From assembly GCA_963841435.1 (NCBI GenBank), contig CAWJCS010000003.1:512001-576000 (forward strand): a stretch of DNA of 64,000 nt. Reading direction: 5' to 3'. Source of the DNA: an uncultured delta proteobacterium (GTDB lineage: Bacteria; Myxococcota_A; Polyangia; Polyangiales; Polyangiaceae). The position numbers and the translations under genes were made by a program. Below, piece after piece: positions 62,732 to 64,000 of the stretch. Below the pieces are notes generated by a model. That model saw only the letters and a program-made list of their open reading frames with translations. It ran no database searches and was not told the DNA's origin. Every line of letters begins with the position of its first letter. The stretch's first letter is position 1.

Positions 62732-64000
62732 TCAGCGAGGCTCGGGCTCGCCGGCGTCGGGTACCCAGCCGTGGCCAGAGTGACGCTCGAGCTTGTGTCG
62801 GTCTTCCTCCATCTGCTTCTCGAGCTGCTCGCGCGCGGACTTGGCGAGGTTCGTGCGCTCCGCCTCGTCTTGCCACTTCGGTAGGATGTCCTCGAGCGTG
62901 CGCACGTTGTGCCGGCGAAACACGTCGGCGCGCTCGCGCGCTTCATAAGGTCGAACGCCGAGCGCCTCGAGCGCACGGCGACCGACGAGCACGGCCGACT
63001 CGAACGTTTCGCGCTCCACGATCTCGATGCCGCGCGAGCGAAGCTCTTGCCAATGCGCGATGTTGCGGGCGCGTGCCACGATGCGGAGTGCCGGGAAATG
63101 CTCGCGCACTGCGTCGACGAGGCGGAGGCTCGTCTCGGGATCGTCGATGGCGCACACGAGCAGCTTGGCTCCCTGAGCGCCGGCGGCCGTTAGCAGGTCC
63201 AGCCGGGTCGCGTCCCCGTAGTAGACGCGAAAGTCGAAGCGGCGCAGCGCCTCGACTTGGTCCGGGTCGTGATCGAGCACGGTTGCCCTCACGCCGCTCG
63301 CGAGCAGGAGCCGCCCTACGATCTGCCCGAAGCGCCCGAAGCCCGCGATGATGACGCTCGGGTGCTCGTCTTCGATGGCGTCCGGCTCGCGGGGAGGCTG
63401 CGGAATGCGCGCAGACACGCGCTCGACGAGCATGAGCAGGAGGGGAGTGAGGGCCATCGACAGTGCCACCGTCAACGTGAGCAGGCCGTCCCACTCGCCA
63501 GGCAAGAGGCGAGCCTCGCGCGCCACGCCGAACACGACGAACGCGAATTCGCCGCCCTGCGCGATCAGCGCCCCGAGCAGCCAGCGGTGGCGCGAGCTCA
63601 CGCCGAGTGGGCCGCCGATGGCCCGAATGGCGACGAGCTTCGACAGCTGATAACCGCCGACGAGCATCGCGACGAACAGGGGCTCGCGCGCGATGAGCCC
63701 GAAATCGATGCTCATGCCGACTGCGATGAAAAACAGACCCATGAACAGGCCCCGAAACGGCTGAATGTCCGTCTCGAGCGCGTGCCGGTACTCGGAGCCT
63801 GCGAGCAGGACGCCGGCGAGGAACGCGCCGAGCGCCATCGAAATCCCGACGCTCGACATCAGCTCGGCGATGCCGAGCACGAGCAGGAGCGTGAAGGCGC
63901 TGAACACCTCGCGCAGCCCCGTGCGGGCGAGCAGCCGCAGCACGGGGCGCGTGAGGAAGCGCCCGATCACGATCACTGCGAAAATGGCCGAAAGCGCCAG
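62732..64000 (-). CDS. kefC: KefC/KefB-type K+ efflux antiporter, C-terminal part
   Basis: LGAFLAGVLLA.SEYRHALETDI.PF, QGGEFAFV, GFGRFGQ, GDATR, RETFES. Confidence 0.88.
   Translation of the reverse strand: MALSAIFAVIVIGRFLTRPVLRLLARTGLREVFSAFTLLLVLGIAELMSSVGISMALGAFLAGVLLAGSEYRHALETDIQPFRGLFMGLFFIAVGMSIDFGLIAREPLFVAMLVGGYQLSKLVAIRAIGGPLGVSSRHRWLLGALIAQGGEFAFVVFGVAREARLLPGEWDGLLTLTVALSMALTPLLLMLVERVSARIPQPPREPDAIEDEHPSVIIAGFGRFGQIVGRLLLASGVRATVLDHDPDQVEALRRFDFRVYYGDATRLDLLTAAGAQGAKLLVCAIDDPETSLRLVDAVREHFPALRIVARARNIAHWQELRSRGIEIVERETFESAVLVGRRALEALGVRPYEARERADVFRRHNVRTLEDILPKWQDEAERTNLAKSAREQLEKQMEEDRHKLERHSGHGWVPDAGEPEPR

Overview
GC-rich chromosomal segment whose gene content (Gly/Ser-linker lipoproteins, Cys-rich repeats, fibro-slime protein, DUF1592-type loci, ECF/FecR cluster, bactofilin, Ser/Thr kinase) points to a myxobacterium, probably Polyangiales. 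This taxonomy is inference. Housekeeping blocks are phoX (partial), gap-pgk-tpiA-secG, an ISC Fe-S operon, hflX, pirin, a desaturase and kefC/B (partial). Five observations stand out. (1) The ISC operon is headed by a MerR-family regulator with a 4-Cys tail and its own palindromic operator, not by an Rrf2/IscR protein. (2) Eight sigma54 -24/-12 sites are present, seven of them clustered around a sigma54 activator and small stress-type genes, and four sit so close to the ATG that the mRNAs look leaderless. (3) A Zn-ribbon/pentapeptide-repeat protein ending in a bactofilin-like domain lies next to a bactofilin. (4) A cobalamin riboswitch controls three lipoproteins that converge on a TonB receptor. 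(5) Six single-base +1 insertions split otherwise intact genes and are most likely sequencing errors. No tRNA, rRNA, CRISPR array or mobile element was seen. All family calls come from motif recognition by eye; no searches were run.
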